64,000 nucleotides of DNA, taken from a virus. Taxonomy: Duplodnaviria > Caudoviricetes. A program made the position numbers and the translations under genes. The notes beneath the pieces were generated by a model, which saw only the letters and a list, made by a program, of their open reading frames with translations, was not told the DNA's origin and ran no database searches. Positions 27,923 to 37,825 of the stretch are shown here, piece after piece; position 1 is the stretch's first letter; every line of letters begins with the position of its first letter. The DNA is taken from positions 1 through 64,000 of IMG/VR virus record IMGVR_UViG_3300020112_002303. One strand, given 5' to 3'.

Positions 27923-30900
27923 AACAACAGAATTAAAGAATAGAATACTCGACTTCTTTAAAAAACAACCGGTAATAAAATCTGACAGCGGATATTCTGC
28001 AAAAATATCCGACATTAAAATAGATATACCGAAGGGTGCAACAGATTTATCGGAGCAAATGAAAATAAAATATAAGTCAGAAAGTCTTGAGGGTAAGGTT
28101 AAGGGCGTTTTAACGATTTATGATCCGTCAGGAAGCGTACTGAGTAAAAGCGCATCGATGATGTTGTTAAAATTTCCGTTATTTACCGATAGAAGCACAA
28201 TAATATCGAATGGTTCGGAAAAGTTTATTCAAAATCAAATCAGAACTAAGCCAGGCGTATACACAACAAAAGGTAACTCTGCCGGTGTTGCAAGAACGGA
28301 AATTAAATTTCCAAGAATATCCGGCGGAACAAGAACAATGCCTTCTTTTAATATAGTTGCTAATTCTGATAAAAAAACATTTGTTGTTGAAATTAAGGGT
28401 TCTGGGAAAACACTAAACGTCAATGTTGTTAACTTCATGAGAGAATTAGGGTTTTCCGACCAAGAAATTGCAAGCAGTCTCGGTAACGGTTCTTATAGTG
28501 ATTATCTTTTTAAAAGAGCAAATTCTAATTACAAATCTATTTTCGACATTCATCGTGTTATTGTGGGTGGAACACAAAACAATTTAACGCCCGATGCTGC
28601 AAGGTCTCAAGTAATAGATTTCTTGGAAAACAATTCTTCGTTTGAATCCGGTCAATCTGTTGTTCAAAAAAATCTTGGCGTATCAGCAAGTAAGGCAAAG
28701 TTTTTGTCGAGAGATGTTATCTCTAAAGCAGTAGAAAAAACTATGGCAGTAGAGATGGGAGATAAGCCCGAAGATGAAAGAGATGACATTAGGAATGCAG
28801 ATATTCTTTCGGATATAGATTTAATCATCGAAAATATATCCGGTGATTACAAAGAATTCGAAAAAAATGCGAAAGCAGAGCTTGATAATTATAGAAATTT
28901 AAATCAAAATTCTGCCAAGAGCTTCAAATCGATTCTTAATTTAGGAAATAATCTTAACGGATTTTTAACACAGTCATCTGTTGTTCATACTGTTTCAGAG
29001 GGGTCTAATCCTGTAGCAGTAGAATCTAACCAAAGAGAAATCACTCAATTTGGTGATAAGTATGCTCCCACAACACTCAAATCGGGCAATAATAACGATG
29101 ATATTGGTACGGCGGGAAAAAGAGTTCTGACACTATCAGAGTTCAATAAAATAGACCCTGTTGAAGTTCCGGAAAACGCTAAATTAGGATTAGTCCAACA
29201 TTTAGCACAAGGTGCCAAAGTAAAAAACAAAACTGTTTACATTGATGTTTACAAAGTTTCTGGTAAATATGTAAAAACTGATTCAAGTAATAAAAAGACT
29301 ATCTCTGTTGACGATGAGTATAATAGCAAAATAGCATTTTATGACAAAAAATATATCACTGTTGACAGTAAAAAAGGCGAACTTCGTTTTAATGGTCCAA
29401 GAGCACTTGCAAGATATAAAGGGAAAGTTGACGAAATGCTCGTTAGCGATATTCAGTATATCGATGTAAACGCATCAAATACTCTTGGAACAACTGCTAA
29501 TTTGGTTCCTTTTGTGTCGCACGATGATGGTGCAAGAATAATAATGGCTACATCTCAGCAAAAACAAGCCGTTGTATTAAAGAATAGAGAAGAACCGGTT
29601 GTTTCTATGTTGTATGATCCTAAAACAAAAGAAACTTATGAAGAAAAAATGGGTAAAGATTATGGAAAGCCCGTAATTTGTGATGTTAACGGAAAAGTAA
29701 CATCTATATCCGATAGTAAAATTAAAGTTAAAGATTCTGCAGGAAAAGTGTATATCTACCAATACTACAACCATTACCCTTTTAATGGTTCATATATAAA
29801 TAACGAATTAAAAGTGTCTGTTGGCGACGAAGTAAAGAAAGGACAAATGTTAGCTGAAGGATGGCAAACAAAAAACGGCAAACTTGCTATCGGATTAAAT
29901 GCGAATGTAATGTTCCTTCCGTATAAAGGATATAATTACGAAGACGGCATAGTAATATCTCAAAGTTTGGCTAAAAGAATGTCATCAGAAGAAACAACAG
30001 AATACGAAATTAATATTCCGTCCGACTGCAAGGGTGGTAGAGGTAGCGGTATATTAAAAGAGGTATCTATTTATTCTTCGGACCCCGATTTACATTTACT
30101 TGATAGAGACGGTATAGTTAAAGAAGGTACTTATGTAAAATCAGGAAGTCTTATAGCCGCTTTCCTTTCTCCTGTTGACACATCTAACGCTTCTGTTTTT
30201 GATCTCGTTAAATCTATGGATAAAAACAGCAAATATGTAGAAAAATTAAAACGAATAGACAGCAACAGTTACATCGAAGGTAAAATTGTTCGAATCGTCG
30301 TTTTAAATAATCCTGACAAAATAACTAAACAGAGAATAGTGTTTACTATTTCAACCGATAAGCCACTTAAAGTGGGAGATAAGTTATCGGGTCGTCACGG
30401 AAACAAAGGTACTGTTACAAAAATTCTTCCTGATGAACAAATGCCGTTTTCGGAAGATAATGTTAGAGCAGACGTTTTACTTTCCCCTCTTGGCGTTCCT
30501 TCCCGTAAAAATGTCGGTCAGGTACTTGAAGTAGGCGCAGGTTTAATTAAACGCAAAACCGGTAAAGACAGAGTTATTGAAAACTTTGACTCGTCAGAAA
30601 AAGACAAACTTCTTAAAGATATGGAAGCAGCAGGTCTTGGTGACGGAAGAATGAAAGTTTATGTTCCGGAAGTTGATAAAAACGGAAAAATTGTAAATGT
30701 TCCCACTGAGGCAAAAGTCGATGTAGGCAGCATGTACATGATTAAACTTAAACACAAGGTTGACGATAAGGCTCAGGCAAGAAGTAACCTCGAAACATCC
30801 CTTTCTCAAAAAAATTATATGCCAAGCAAAAGAGTTGGTATGGCTCAAGGCGAAAAAAGAAACCCTCAAGCTCTCGGAGAAATGGAATTCAAATCTCTAA

Positions 30901-33900
30901 TAGGTCACGGCGCCGTCTGGAATGCGTTAGAATCGTCCACATTGAAGTCTGATGGCGGAGGCAATATAACGAATAGGTTAGCAATATTTAACGCCTTAAA
31001 GGGGCAAAAAATCAATCCTGACGAGCTTGATTTTGCAGCCACACCAGAAAGCTTTAAATTATTTGCTGACAATCTTAAGGCATTAGGTCTTGTTGTAAAG
31101 CCACAATACAATGGGAAAGATGTAAAATCGTTTGATGACGCTTATGATAGCCTTGCTCTTGTTCCACTAAAGACAAAAGATTTTGTTAAACTTGTAGGCA
31201 AGGACAAAAAAGTAACATCATCGAATATTTATAATGCTAAAAATATTAAGAGTGGAAATGCTAAGGGACTCGAGGGTGGTTTATATGATCCTAAGATTTT
31301 TGGCGATAATTCTGAACCCGACAACAATAGAAATAAATGGGGCTATATAGAATTATCTTCCCCTGTTGCAAATCCTATTTTCGCTGACAGAACAGACAGT
31401 AGCAATATCTATGCTCTTGTTACCAACATGAAAGCATCTGATATTAAGGCTATTTCAGAAGGCAAAAAGGTAATTGTTGAATCGCCTGAAACTTTTGAAG
31501 GATTTAAAAAGATGAACGCTGAAGAGCGCAAGGAAAATATCAAAAAATCCCTTGAAGCTATGTCCGAATTAGGAGTAAAAGCAGGAGATCTTGTAGATCC
31601 TAAGATTCTCGAAAAGTATTTAGAAAAAGGTGTAATAATTCCGTTCTCTGCAGGAGGAAAAGCAATATATTCAGCTCTTGAAAAAGTTGATATAAAGAAG
31701 GAATTAAAGAAAGCACAAAAATCACTTGACTCTGCAAAAGGAGCAAACATAGACAAAAACTATAAACGGGTTAAAGCATTGTCTAATTTAGTTAAAAATA
31801 ATTTTAAGGCAACAGACTTAATGCTGACAGCAATTCCTGTAACACCGACACATATTCGTCCTGTTATAGTTAACGAAAAAGATAATACCTTTATCAATAG
31901 CGATTTAAATGTTCTTTATTCAAATCTTATTGTAGCAAATAAATATTCTGTTCCAAACGCAAGCAATACCGATAGTATTATTCTTCCTCCAAGTGAAACG
32001 GCAAGAAGATCGGCAAATTTGTATAACTCGGTTGCACAGTTAATGGGTAAAAAGAAAGCATTAACACTAAAGGGAAAAACCTCTGATGTAAAAGGCATTC
32101 TCGATACTCTTGGCGGAAAGGGAGGCGTTGTACGAAATAATCTTCTAAGAAAAAGAATTGATTTTTCAGGAAGATCTGTTATCGGCGTAGACCCCAACCT
32201 AACTATTGACGAAGTTGCATTACCTATGGACTTAGCTAAATATGTATATAAACCTTTCTTAGTAAAGGAACTTGTTCGTTCTGGAGCAGCAGGAAATGAC
32301 CGTCAAGCACTTAAGATGATAGATAAGTCTGACCCAGAAATAAAGAAAGCATTAACAAATATAGCTAATGATAGACCTATCCTTATTGGTAGACAGCCAA
32401 GTTTGCATAAATATGGATTACAAGCATTTAAACCGGTTATAAAAGATACTGAGGATGGATCAGTCGTAAGAAGCATTCATTTGAATCCGTTGGTAACAAA
32501 AGGGTTTAATGCCGACTTCGACGGAGACACAATGTATATAACAACACCTATCACTGATAAGGCAAAAGAAGAAGCCAAAAAACTTATGATGCCAAGTCAA
32601 ACAATGATGAATCCTACAGACGGAAAAATGGTTGTAGGTATATCGGCAGAAATGCTTGCAGGACTATACTTAATATCTGTTGGCAAGCCAAAAGGAAAAG
32701 TTAAAACATATAGCACATATAAATCCCTATATGATGATTATTTTTCCGGTAAAGTTAATTCTGACAGTGCGGTTAAAACACCGTTGTCACCGAACACTAT
32801 TTCCGCAGGTCAAGCACTTATTAACTGGTGTATTCCAGATAAAGTTAAATCAAAGAATCGTCAATTTACAAGTATTTGGGGAAAAAGTGAAATTACCGGA
32901 CTGATGACGAATCTGTACAGAATAGGCGAAGCAAGCGAATGGAAAACAATATCTATGACGGAGGTCGCAGAGGTTCTTGATAAATTAAAAGATTTAGGAT
33001 TTAAGGCATCTACAAGAGCCGGATTATCTATTTCCACATCCGATTTTATGGGTGTTAGCGGAATCGAAGATATGTATAACAGACGCCTTAAAGAGACAAA
33101 GAAGACATACGGAAATATGGACGCAGCTCAAATAAAAGCATGGCAGTCTGTTGAAAGCGATATAGAAAAACAAATAGCGGAAGGTAAATTACTTTCGAAG
33201 GATAATAATCTTAATATTATGATGCGTTCGGGAGCCAAAGGTAACAAAGGTCAAATTAAGAAGATGGTTGCGACTGTTGGTGTATTTGCTGACATAAAAA
33301 ATAATTTAAGTCAGCCTGTCAAATCTTCTTTCTTCAATGGTTTGTCACCACAAGAATATTTCAATCAAGGTAACGAAGCAAGAAAGGGTATTTTTGATAG
33401 GTCTGTTTCTGTAGTAGCGCCCGGAACATTATCAAGAGAGATGTGGCATGCCGCACAAGATGTTATTATTTCTGAAAAAGATTGCAAAACAAACGAATAC
33501 ATCACTATGTTAAAGACCGACCCCAATATAAGAGGCAGATATTGTGCCGCTAATGTTAGATCTTCTAAGAAAAAGATTATTTGCAAGAAAGGTCAAATCA
33601 TAGATGATGCAGTAATTAATGCAATGGCTAAAGACGATAGTATCGAAGGCGTAAAAGTCAGATCTCCGATGAGATGTAAAACTGTAAACGGATGTTGTGT
33701 AAAATGTTATGGTTGTTTGCCGGGCACATTAACACCTGTAACCGTAGGAACACCTGTAGGAACTCTTGCAACACAAGCACTTGGTGAACCTGTTACTCAG
33801 ATGACAATGAAAACATTCCATACCGGAGGTGCAGATTCGAGCGCAACATTGGGATTACAAAGAGTTCAAGACATATTAAACCTTTCCGACATCAAGAACA

Positions 33901-34865
33901 ATAAAGCGGTTCTGGCTGTCGAAAACGGAGTAGTATCGAAAATTGACGAATCCACCAATAAAACAATTGTAACAATCGGCTCTAAAAAATACACAATTAA
34001 ATCTAATTCTGACGGCTCGAATAAGGTATTAAGAGTTAAGATAGGTGATGTTGTACGAAAAGGCGATATGATTACTCTTGGAACACCGTCAGATATATCT
34101 AAATCGCTATCGAACAAAAAAGACAATGCACAACTTACCTTCGCTAATCCAAGACAAATGTTTGATATGAAAAAACAGGAACTTGGAGGAAAAGAAGCAG
34201 TTAAGGATATTCAAGACTATTTGTCAAAGAGCATGGAATATGCTTTCGGCAAAACGGTAGGTAATGATGCCATGAATTCTAAGCATACTGAAATAATGGT
34301 TGGAAAAATGACATCAAATGTAAAAATTCTTGATCCGGGCAATTCAGATTATTTAAAAGGTCAAGTCGTCAATCGTAACGAAGCAGAAAAATATAATCAA
34401 TCCATTAAAAACGGAGCCGGTAAAAAGAAACTCGGAATAACCAATGTAAACGGGATATTAAATCATCCGTCCGCAAAAACTTATAAGTTTAAGAACCAAG
34501 TTGTTGTTAAGGCCGGACAACCGATAACAAAAACGGATATTTCTAAATTAAAATCATTAAGGGTTAAAAATATAGAAGTATTACCTAAGCCGGTTGTTTA
34601 TGACGAAATGATAATGTCAAAGAACACTGTTCCTTATGCTGGACATGATAACTGGCTAAGCAATGTTGGTTACGAAAACATCAATTCCGGTCTTGCTTCT
34701 GGGGCAGCGTTTGGTCAGGTAGACAAAATTGATAGTCCGAAAACAAGACTTATGACGGGAAAAATCATGAACGTTGGCGAAGGATTTAATGCTGATAAGT
34801 CGACCGTTTCAGGATTCGGAAGAAAAATGTACAATTTCTTCGCTAAACCCCGAAAGAAAAAGTAA
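27903..34865 (+). CDS. phage DNA-directed RNA polymerase, fused beta+beta' single chain
   Basis: beta: NGSEK, HDDGAR, GYNYED, GDKLSGRHGNKG, GVPSR, KLKHKVDDK, GEME; beta': DFSGRSVI, RQPSLH, NADFDGD, SGAKG, GEPVTQMTMKTFHTGG. Confidence 0.95.
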   Translation: MMTLNSKTTELKNRILDFFKKQPVIKSDSGYSAKISDIKIDIPKGATDLSEQMKIKYKSESLEGKVKGVLTIYDPSGSVLSKSASMMLLKFPLFTDRSTIISNGSEKFIQNQIRTKPGVYTTKGNSAGVARTEIKFPRISGGTRTMPSFNIVANSDKKTFVVEIKGSGKTLNVNVVNFMRELGFSDQEIASSLGNGSYSDYLFKRANSNYKSIFDIHRVIVGGTQNNLTPDAARSQVIDFLENNSSFESGQSVVQKNLGVSASKAKFLSRDVISKAVEKTMAVEMGDKPEDERDDIRNADILSDIDLIIENISGDYKEFEKNAKAELDNYRNLNQNSAKSFKSILNLGNNLNGFLTQSSVVHTVSEGSNPVAVESNQREITQFGDKYAPTTLKSGNNNDDIGTAGKRVLTLSEFNKIDPVEVPENAKLGLVQHLAQGAKVKNKTVYIDVYKVSGKYVKTDSSNKKTISVDDEYNSKIAFYDKKYITVDSKKGELRFNGPRALARYKGKVDEMLVSDIQYIDVNASNTLGTTANLVPFVSHDDGARIIMATSQQKQAVVLKNREEPVVSMLYDPKTKETYEEKMGKDYGKPVICDVNGKVTSISDSKIKVKDSAGKVYIYQYYNHYPFNGSYINNELKVSVGDEVKKGQMLAEGWQTKNGKLAIGLNANVMFLPYKGYNYEDGIVISQSLAKRMSSEETTEYEINIPSDCKGGRGSGILKEVSIYSSDPDLHLLDRDGIVKEGTYVKSGSLIAAFLSPVDTSNASVFDLVKSMDKNSKYVEKLKRIDSNSYIEGKIVRIVVLNNPDKITKQRIVFTISTDKPLKVGDKLSGRHGNKGTVTKILPDEQMPFSEDNVRADVLLSPLGVPSRKNVGQVLEVGAGLIKRKTGKDRVIENFDSSEKDKLLKDMEAAGLGDGRMKVYVPEVDKNGKIVNVPTEAKVDVGSMYMIKLKHKVDDKAQARSNLETSLSQKNYMPSKRVGMAQGEKRNPQALGEMEFKSLIGHGAVWNALESSTLKSDGGGNITNRLAIFNALKGQKINPDELDFAATPESFKLFADNLKALGLVVKPQYNGKDVKSFDDAYDSLALVPLKTKDFVKLVGKDKKVTSSNIYNAKNIKSGNAKGLEGGLYDPKIFGDNSEPDNNRNKWGYIELSSPVANPIFADRTDSSNIYALVTNMKASDIKAISEGKKVIVESPETFEGFKKMNAEERKENIKKSLEAMSELGVKAGDLVDPKILEKYLEKGVIIPFSAGGKAIYSALEKVDIKKELKKAQKSLDSAKGANIDKNYKRVKALSNLVKNNFKATDLMLTAIPVTPTHIRPVIVNEKDNTFINSDLNVLYSNLIVANKYSVPNASNTDSIILPPSETARRSANLYNSVAQLMGKKKALTLKGKTSDVKGILDTLGGKGGVVRNNLLRKRIDFSGRSVIGVDPNLTIDEVALPMDLAKYVYKPFLVKELVRSGAAGNDRQALKMIDKSDPEIKKALTNIANDRPILIGRQPSLHKYGLQAFKPVIKDTEDGSVVRSIHLNPLVTKGFNADFDGDTMYITTPITDKAKEEAKKLMMPSQTMMNPTDGKMVVGISAEMLAGLYLISVGKPKGKVKTYSTYKSLYDDYFSGKVNSDSAVKTPLSPNTISAGQALINWCIPDKVKSKNRQFTSIWGKSEITGLMTNLYRIGEASEWKTISMTEVAEVLDKLKDLGFKASTRAGLSISTSDFMGVSGIEDMYNRRLKETKKTYGNMDAAQIKAWQSVESDIEKQIAEGKLLSKDNNLNIMMRSGAKGNKGQIKKMVATVGVFADIKNNLSQPVKSSFFNGLSPQEYFNQGNEARKGIFDRSVSVVAPGTLSREMWHAAQDVIISEKDCKTNEYITMLKTDPNIRGRYCAANVRSSKKKIICKKGQIIDDAVINAMAKDDSIEGVKVRSPMRCKTVNGCCVKCYGCLPGTLTPVTVGTPVGTLATQALGEPVTQMTMKTFHTGGADSSATLGLQRVQDILNLSDIKNNKAVLAVENGVVSKIDESTNKTIVTIGSKKYTIKSNSDGSNKVLRVKIGDVVRKGDMITLGTPSDISKSLSNKKDNAQLTFANPRQMFDMKKQELGGKEAVKDIQDYLSKSMEYAFGKTVGNDAMNSKHTEIMVGKMTSNVKILDPGNSDYLKGQVVNRNEAEKYNQSIKNGAGKKKLGITNVNGILNHPSAKTYKFKNQVVVKAGQPITKTDISKLKSLRVKNIEVLPKPVVYDEMIMSKNTVPYAGHDNWLSNVGYENINSGLASGAAFGQVDKIDSPKTRLMTGKIMNVGEGFNADKSTVSGFGRKMYNFFAKPRKKK

Positions 34866-34868
34866 TAC

Positions 34869-34897
34869 TTGACACAGTAAGTATTCAATACTATAAT
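34869..34897 (+). promoter_or_regulatory. consensus SigA promoter
   Basis: TTGACA-17-TATAAT; AATACTT/AAGTATT inverted repeat overlaps -35. Confidence 0.85.
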
Positions 34898-34922
34898 ATA
34901 AAGCAAGGCGGTGAGCATTACA

Positions 34923-35198
34923 ATGAACACAGAACCAGGCACCGAAATTACAGAGAAAAGTCCAAATAAAATGAACACTAGTGCTGTAATTCTTCAAGAG
35001 ATGATTCAAAAAGCAAGAGAAAATCTCATAAGCATACAGTACGAGATATCTTTTAAGGAAAAGTTACAAGAAGACAGTCGCTTTTCTCTTGATTTAAATC
35101 CAGTCACAATCAACGATTTAAAGAAACAAGAGGAATATTGGCTCGAAAGACTCCGGTTCTTTAAAGCCAAAAGAGACGAAAAGATTAAGCCTTTATAG
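34923..35198 (+). CDS. hypothetical coiled-coil protein
   Basis: GGCGGTGA RBS, own promoter. Confidence 0.65.
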   Translation: MNTEPGTEITEKSPNKMNTSAVILQEMIQKARENLISIQYEISFKEKLQEDSRFSLDLNPVTINDLKKQEEYWLERLRFFKAKRDEKIKPL

Positions 35199-35280
35199 GT
35201 AAAACCTATCCGTGAGCTGTGGTACAGGCGCACCGTTTTTCAGGGCCAAGAAAAAATGTAAGGATAGTTTTTATATGCGC

Positions 35281-35312
35281 AAAAAAATCACGGGGGCAAC
35301 CCCGTGGTTTTT
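35281..35312. terminator. bidirectional terminator
   Basis: A7-TCACGGGG-GCAA-CCCCGTGG-T tract. Confidence 0.9.
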
Positions 35313-35686
35313 TATTTTTTGGTATATTCGCCTTGTATTATACTGTTATCATTAGATGACAACCATTTTGCCACTATATGTCTATGACAAAAATCGTCAC
35401 TTTTCTCATAGCAAACAAGAGCAATATCATTGTCGTTACTTAGCAATTTTAAATCGTTGATTACATCTCCGTATTTTAAATTAGAAAGTACCTGTTTTTG
35501 GAAGCTTTCTTCAAACATATTTTTATTGCCATTTGTTTTATATAAAGACAATATATTTGCTGTTGGGGAAAGTTTTTTATAAACTAATCCCTTATAAAAT
35601 TTAGGTGTATATAATGCGATAGATATAGGAATAATATTTTCTGGAAGTTTTCTTAATTTTGCATAATAGCTGGTATATATTTTCAT
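35312..35686 (-). CDS. DUF488-family protein
   Basis: IYTSY..., LSP, ALVCYEK..FCHRH. Confidence 0.8.
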   Translation of the reverse strand: MKIYTSYYAKLRKLPENIIPISIALYTPKFYKGLVYKKLSPTANILSLYKTNGNKNMFEESFQKQVLSNLKYGDVINDLKLLSNDNDIALVCYEKSDDFCHRHIVAKWLSSNDNSIIQGEYTKK

Positions 35687-35697
35687 ACTAAATAAAA

Positions 35698-35721
35698 AGA
35701 CGGGGAGCTAACTCCCCGTCT
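35698..35721 (-). terminator. intrinsic terminator
   Basis: AGACGGGGAG/CTCCCCGTCT stem with T tract on minus strand. Confidence 0.7.
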
Positions 35722-35875
35722 CCTTTCTATATTTTCTTTCGTTTTCTCTGCCGGTAATATATGCCTGGATTTTTATTTGGGCATCATGTTCATTATCAGC
35801 GGAAAACAATAGTTTTTTATCTTCAAAAATCTCAATTCCATTTTCTGTTTTTCTGAATTCAAATTTATTACACAT
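35708..35875 (-). CDS. small hypothetical protein, 55 aa
   Basis: GGTGA RBS; MCNKFEFRKTENGIEIFEDKKLLF... Confidence 0.55.
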   Translation of the reverse strand: MCNKFEFRKTENGIEIFEDKKLLFSADNEHDAQIKIQAYITGRENERKYRKETGS

Positions 35876-35956
35876 AGTTATCACCAACCTTTCCTTGAAC
35901 TATGTACAAAATGAATTCATAGTATCACCACGCTTTTTATCGTTATGATTTATATT

Positions 35957-36412
35957 TTATACCCCATTGTTTTTATGCCCTATTGTCCAAATGCAACAAA
36001 GTATATTCCATAAAAATGCCCTGTCGTGAGGTTCGTCTTCATCTTTGCGTAAGAGTTTTAAATAATGGCGAACAGCACTATCGATATAGCAACTTTCAGG
36101 AAGTCCCTTTTGCCAATTATTTTCCCCGTATTTTTTAGCGCCTTCCTCAAAATGTTTACTTACTTCGAGCATTGCATTTGGTAAACTGTTAAAATGCTCA
36201 CAACTAAACACCCTTACTGCATCATACAGATTTGTTGCATCTCCATTTTCACAAAACATAGATATAGAACATAATATCGGGTCGTCTAATAGATAACCGA
36301 CTACTGATAATGGTAACAAGTCACATCTACCTTTGCCTTCTTGAATATCTCTAACGGCGCCGGATTCAAATTCTCTTCTTGCGCCACTATCAAGAATCCT
36401 CTTTTCACTCAT
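35957..36412 (-). CDS. dATP/dGTP diphosphohydrolase-like (DUF5664)
   Basis: GAVRD..GKGRCDLLP, GAKKYGENNWQKG, SAVRH, EPH. Confidence 0.85.
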   Translation of the reverse strand: MSEKRILDSGARREFESGAVRDIQEGKGRCDLLPLSVVGYLLDDPILCSISMFCENGDATNLYDAVRVFSCEHFNSLPNAMLEVSKHFEEGAKKYGENNWQKGLPESCYIDSAVRHYLKLLRKDEDEPHDRAFLWNILCCIWTIGHKNNGV

Positions 36413-37085
36413 TATCATCACTCTTTTCAGCAAAAGATTGTTTAAGAGCTTTGGCTATTACTTGTGGGCAAGAAGGACTGTTTTTGCCGGAATTTTTCAT
36501 ACATTTTATTGTTTTTAGTTGGCTAACCATTTCATCAACAGGAACGCCGTATCTTAAACCAAGAGATATCATTCTTGATAATGCTTTTAAATAACCGCAA
36601 CCACCACGCATACTTTTTCCTCTTTGGGTAAAGATCTCGTATGGCATATCGTCTTTTTTGTTTACAGTAACAAATAAATAACCGCAACCTGTTAAACTAC
36701 AAGTTGTTTGACCTGAAAGTACCTTGTCTCTCGGAATAGGATAATTAGGTTCTTCATTAGCTTCATTATCGCAATCACAGGTATCTTCGTTAATAAAAAC
36801 CTCAGATAATTCAGTAGGTGAATTATTATATCCCGGAATAATATCAAGCAAGGTCGCATATTCCGAACACAGATCTATCGCACTGTTTTTGTTTGTGATA
36901 ATAAAATCGCGTTCATCGAAACCTCCAAGTGCAATTACTGATTTTTTAAACGTTTCAAGAACGCCTGTTGAATCGTTGGTAAGTATGCGATAAAGATTTT
37001 GTGTTTCATCATCATTTTTATGAATAAATATTAGCGCATAATTACCATTTTCGTTTTCGTTATGGATTTCCGTTTGTAAATTCAT
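36405..37085 (-). CDS. TSCPD-domain protein (class II RNR C-terminal-like)
   Basis: TGCGYLFVTVN, PYEIF, GGC, SRMISLGLRYG, IKC, SCP. Confidence 0.8.
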   Translation of the reverse strand: MNLQTEIHNENENGNYALIFIHKNDDETQNLYRILTNDSTGVLETFKKSVIALGGFDERDFIITNKNSAIDLCSEYATLLDIIPGYNNSPTELSEVFINEDTCDCDNEANEEPNYPIPRDKVLSGQTTCSLTGCGYLFVTVNKKDDMPYEIFTQRGKSMRGGCGYLKALSRMISLGLRYGVPVDEMVSQLKTIKCMKNSGKNSPSCPQVIAKALKQSFAEKSDDNE

Positions 37086-37767
37086 ATTTTTTCTCCTTTT
37101 TTATTTTTTCGTACCAATAATTAAAAACCACGCATGCGTCACTTTCATCGTCGGATAGAAATTTTATATGATATTTGTCTTCCATTATTTCTCTTAACAC
37201 TGCTTTGCCTATATCGGGAATTTTTGCGAGCACATCACTTGAACGAGTTTTTGTGAATTCTTTGCTTAATTTTCCCATATCGAAAAGACTCCGAACTTCA
37301 TTAACAGCGTATTCTTCTAATGGAATGTTCACAGAACCTGCTATACCAATCAAAACTCCCATGACCTTTGCGAGCAATACGGTAGTTAATATGCCGTTAA
37401 ATATACAGTTTTTCTCAACAATTATCAAATCCGGTTTTATCGTTAAGATAATTTCCGATAATCGTTTGCCTATATATTCGAGTATAGTTATGTCTTTTTG
37501 ACCTCTGACTTCTCTATCTCGCCTTTGTTTTTCTGCAAAAGAAATATTTGAATAAGGAGGAATCTCGTTGGTTTTTACATAACTTTTATATCGCTTTCCT
37601 TTTTTAGAAATAATTTCTTTTTTGGTTTTACAGTAACCTAAAACAGATGGAGAAAATGACGGAGGCATAATAGGGCACGATGCAATTTTAATAACGTTGT
37701 TTTCTTGCACTTCTGCCGCAACAACGCCTATGCATTTTGTAGACAAATCGAAAGCAATGACTTTCAT
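37060..37767 (-). CDS. RuvC-like Holliday junction resolvase
   Basis: AFDLST..G, PDLIIVE, DDESDA. Confidence 0.8.
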   Translation of the reverse strand: MKVIAFDLSTKCIGVVAAEVQENNVIKIASCPIMPPSFSPSVLGYCKTKKEIISKKGKRYKSYVKTNEIPPYSNISFAEKQRRDREVRGQKDITILEYIGKRLSEIILTIKPDLIIVEKNCIFNGILTTVLLAKVMGVLIGIAGSVNIPLEEYAVNEVRSLFDMGKLSKEFTKTRSSDVLAKIPDIGKAVLREIMEDKYHIKFLSDDESDACVVFNYWYEKIKKEKKYEFTNGNP

Positions 37768-37786
37768 ACTATCACGCTCCTAAAAA

Positions 37787-37816
37787 AGAAAGAGTGGCAA
37801 TATTGCCACTCTTTCT
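37787..37816 (-). terminator. terminator (30-bp perfect palindrome)
   Basis: AGAAAGAGTGGCAAT/ATTGCCACTCTTTCT with T tract on minus strand. Confidence 0.8.
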
Positions 37817-37825
37817 GTGAGTTAA

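Noticed and set aside
27903-34865. Bacterial rpoBC or chromosomal contamination
   Set aside because: Highly divergent and shortened, flanked by portal and phage genes, no rpl/rps neighbours
35199-35276. Hammerhead ribozyme or tRNA
   Set aside because: No CUGANGA core, no T-loop or cloverleaf
35957-36412. Z-genome (2-aminoadenine) claim
   Set aside because: No PurZ in the window; the hydrolase alone is insufficient
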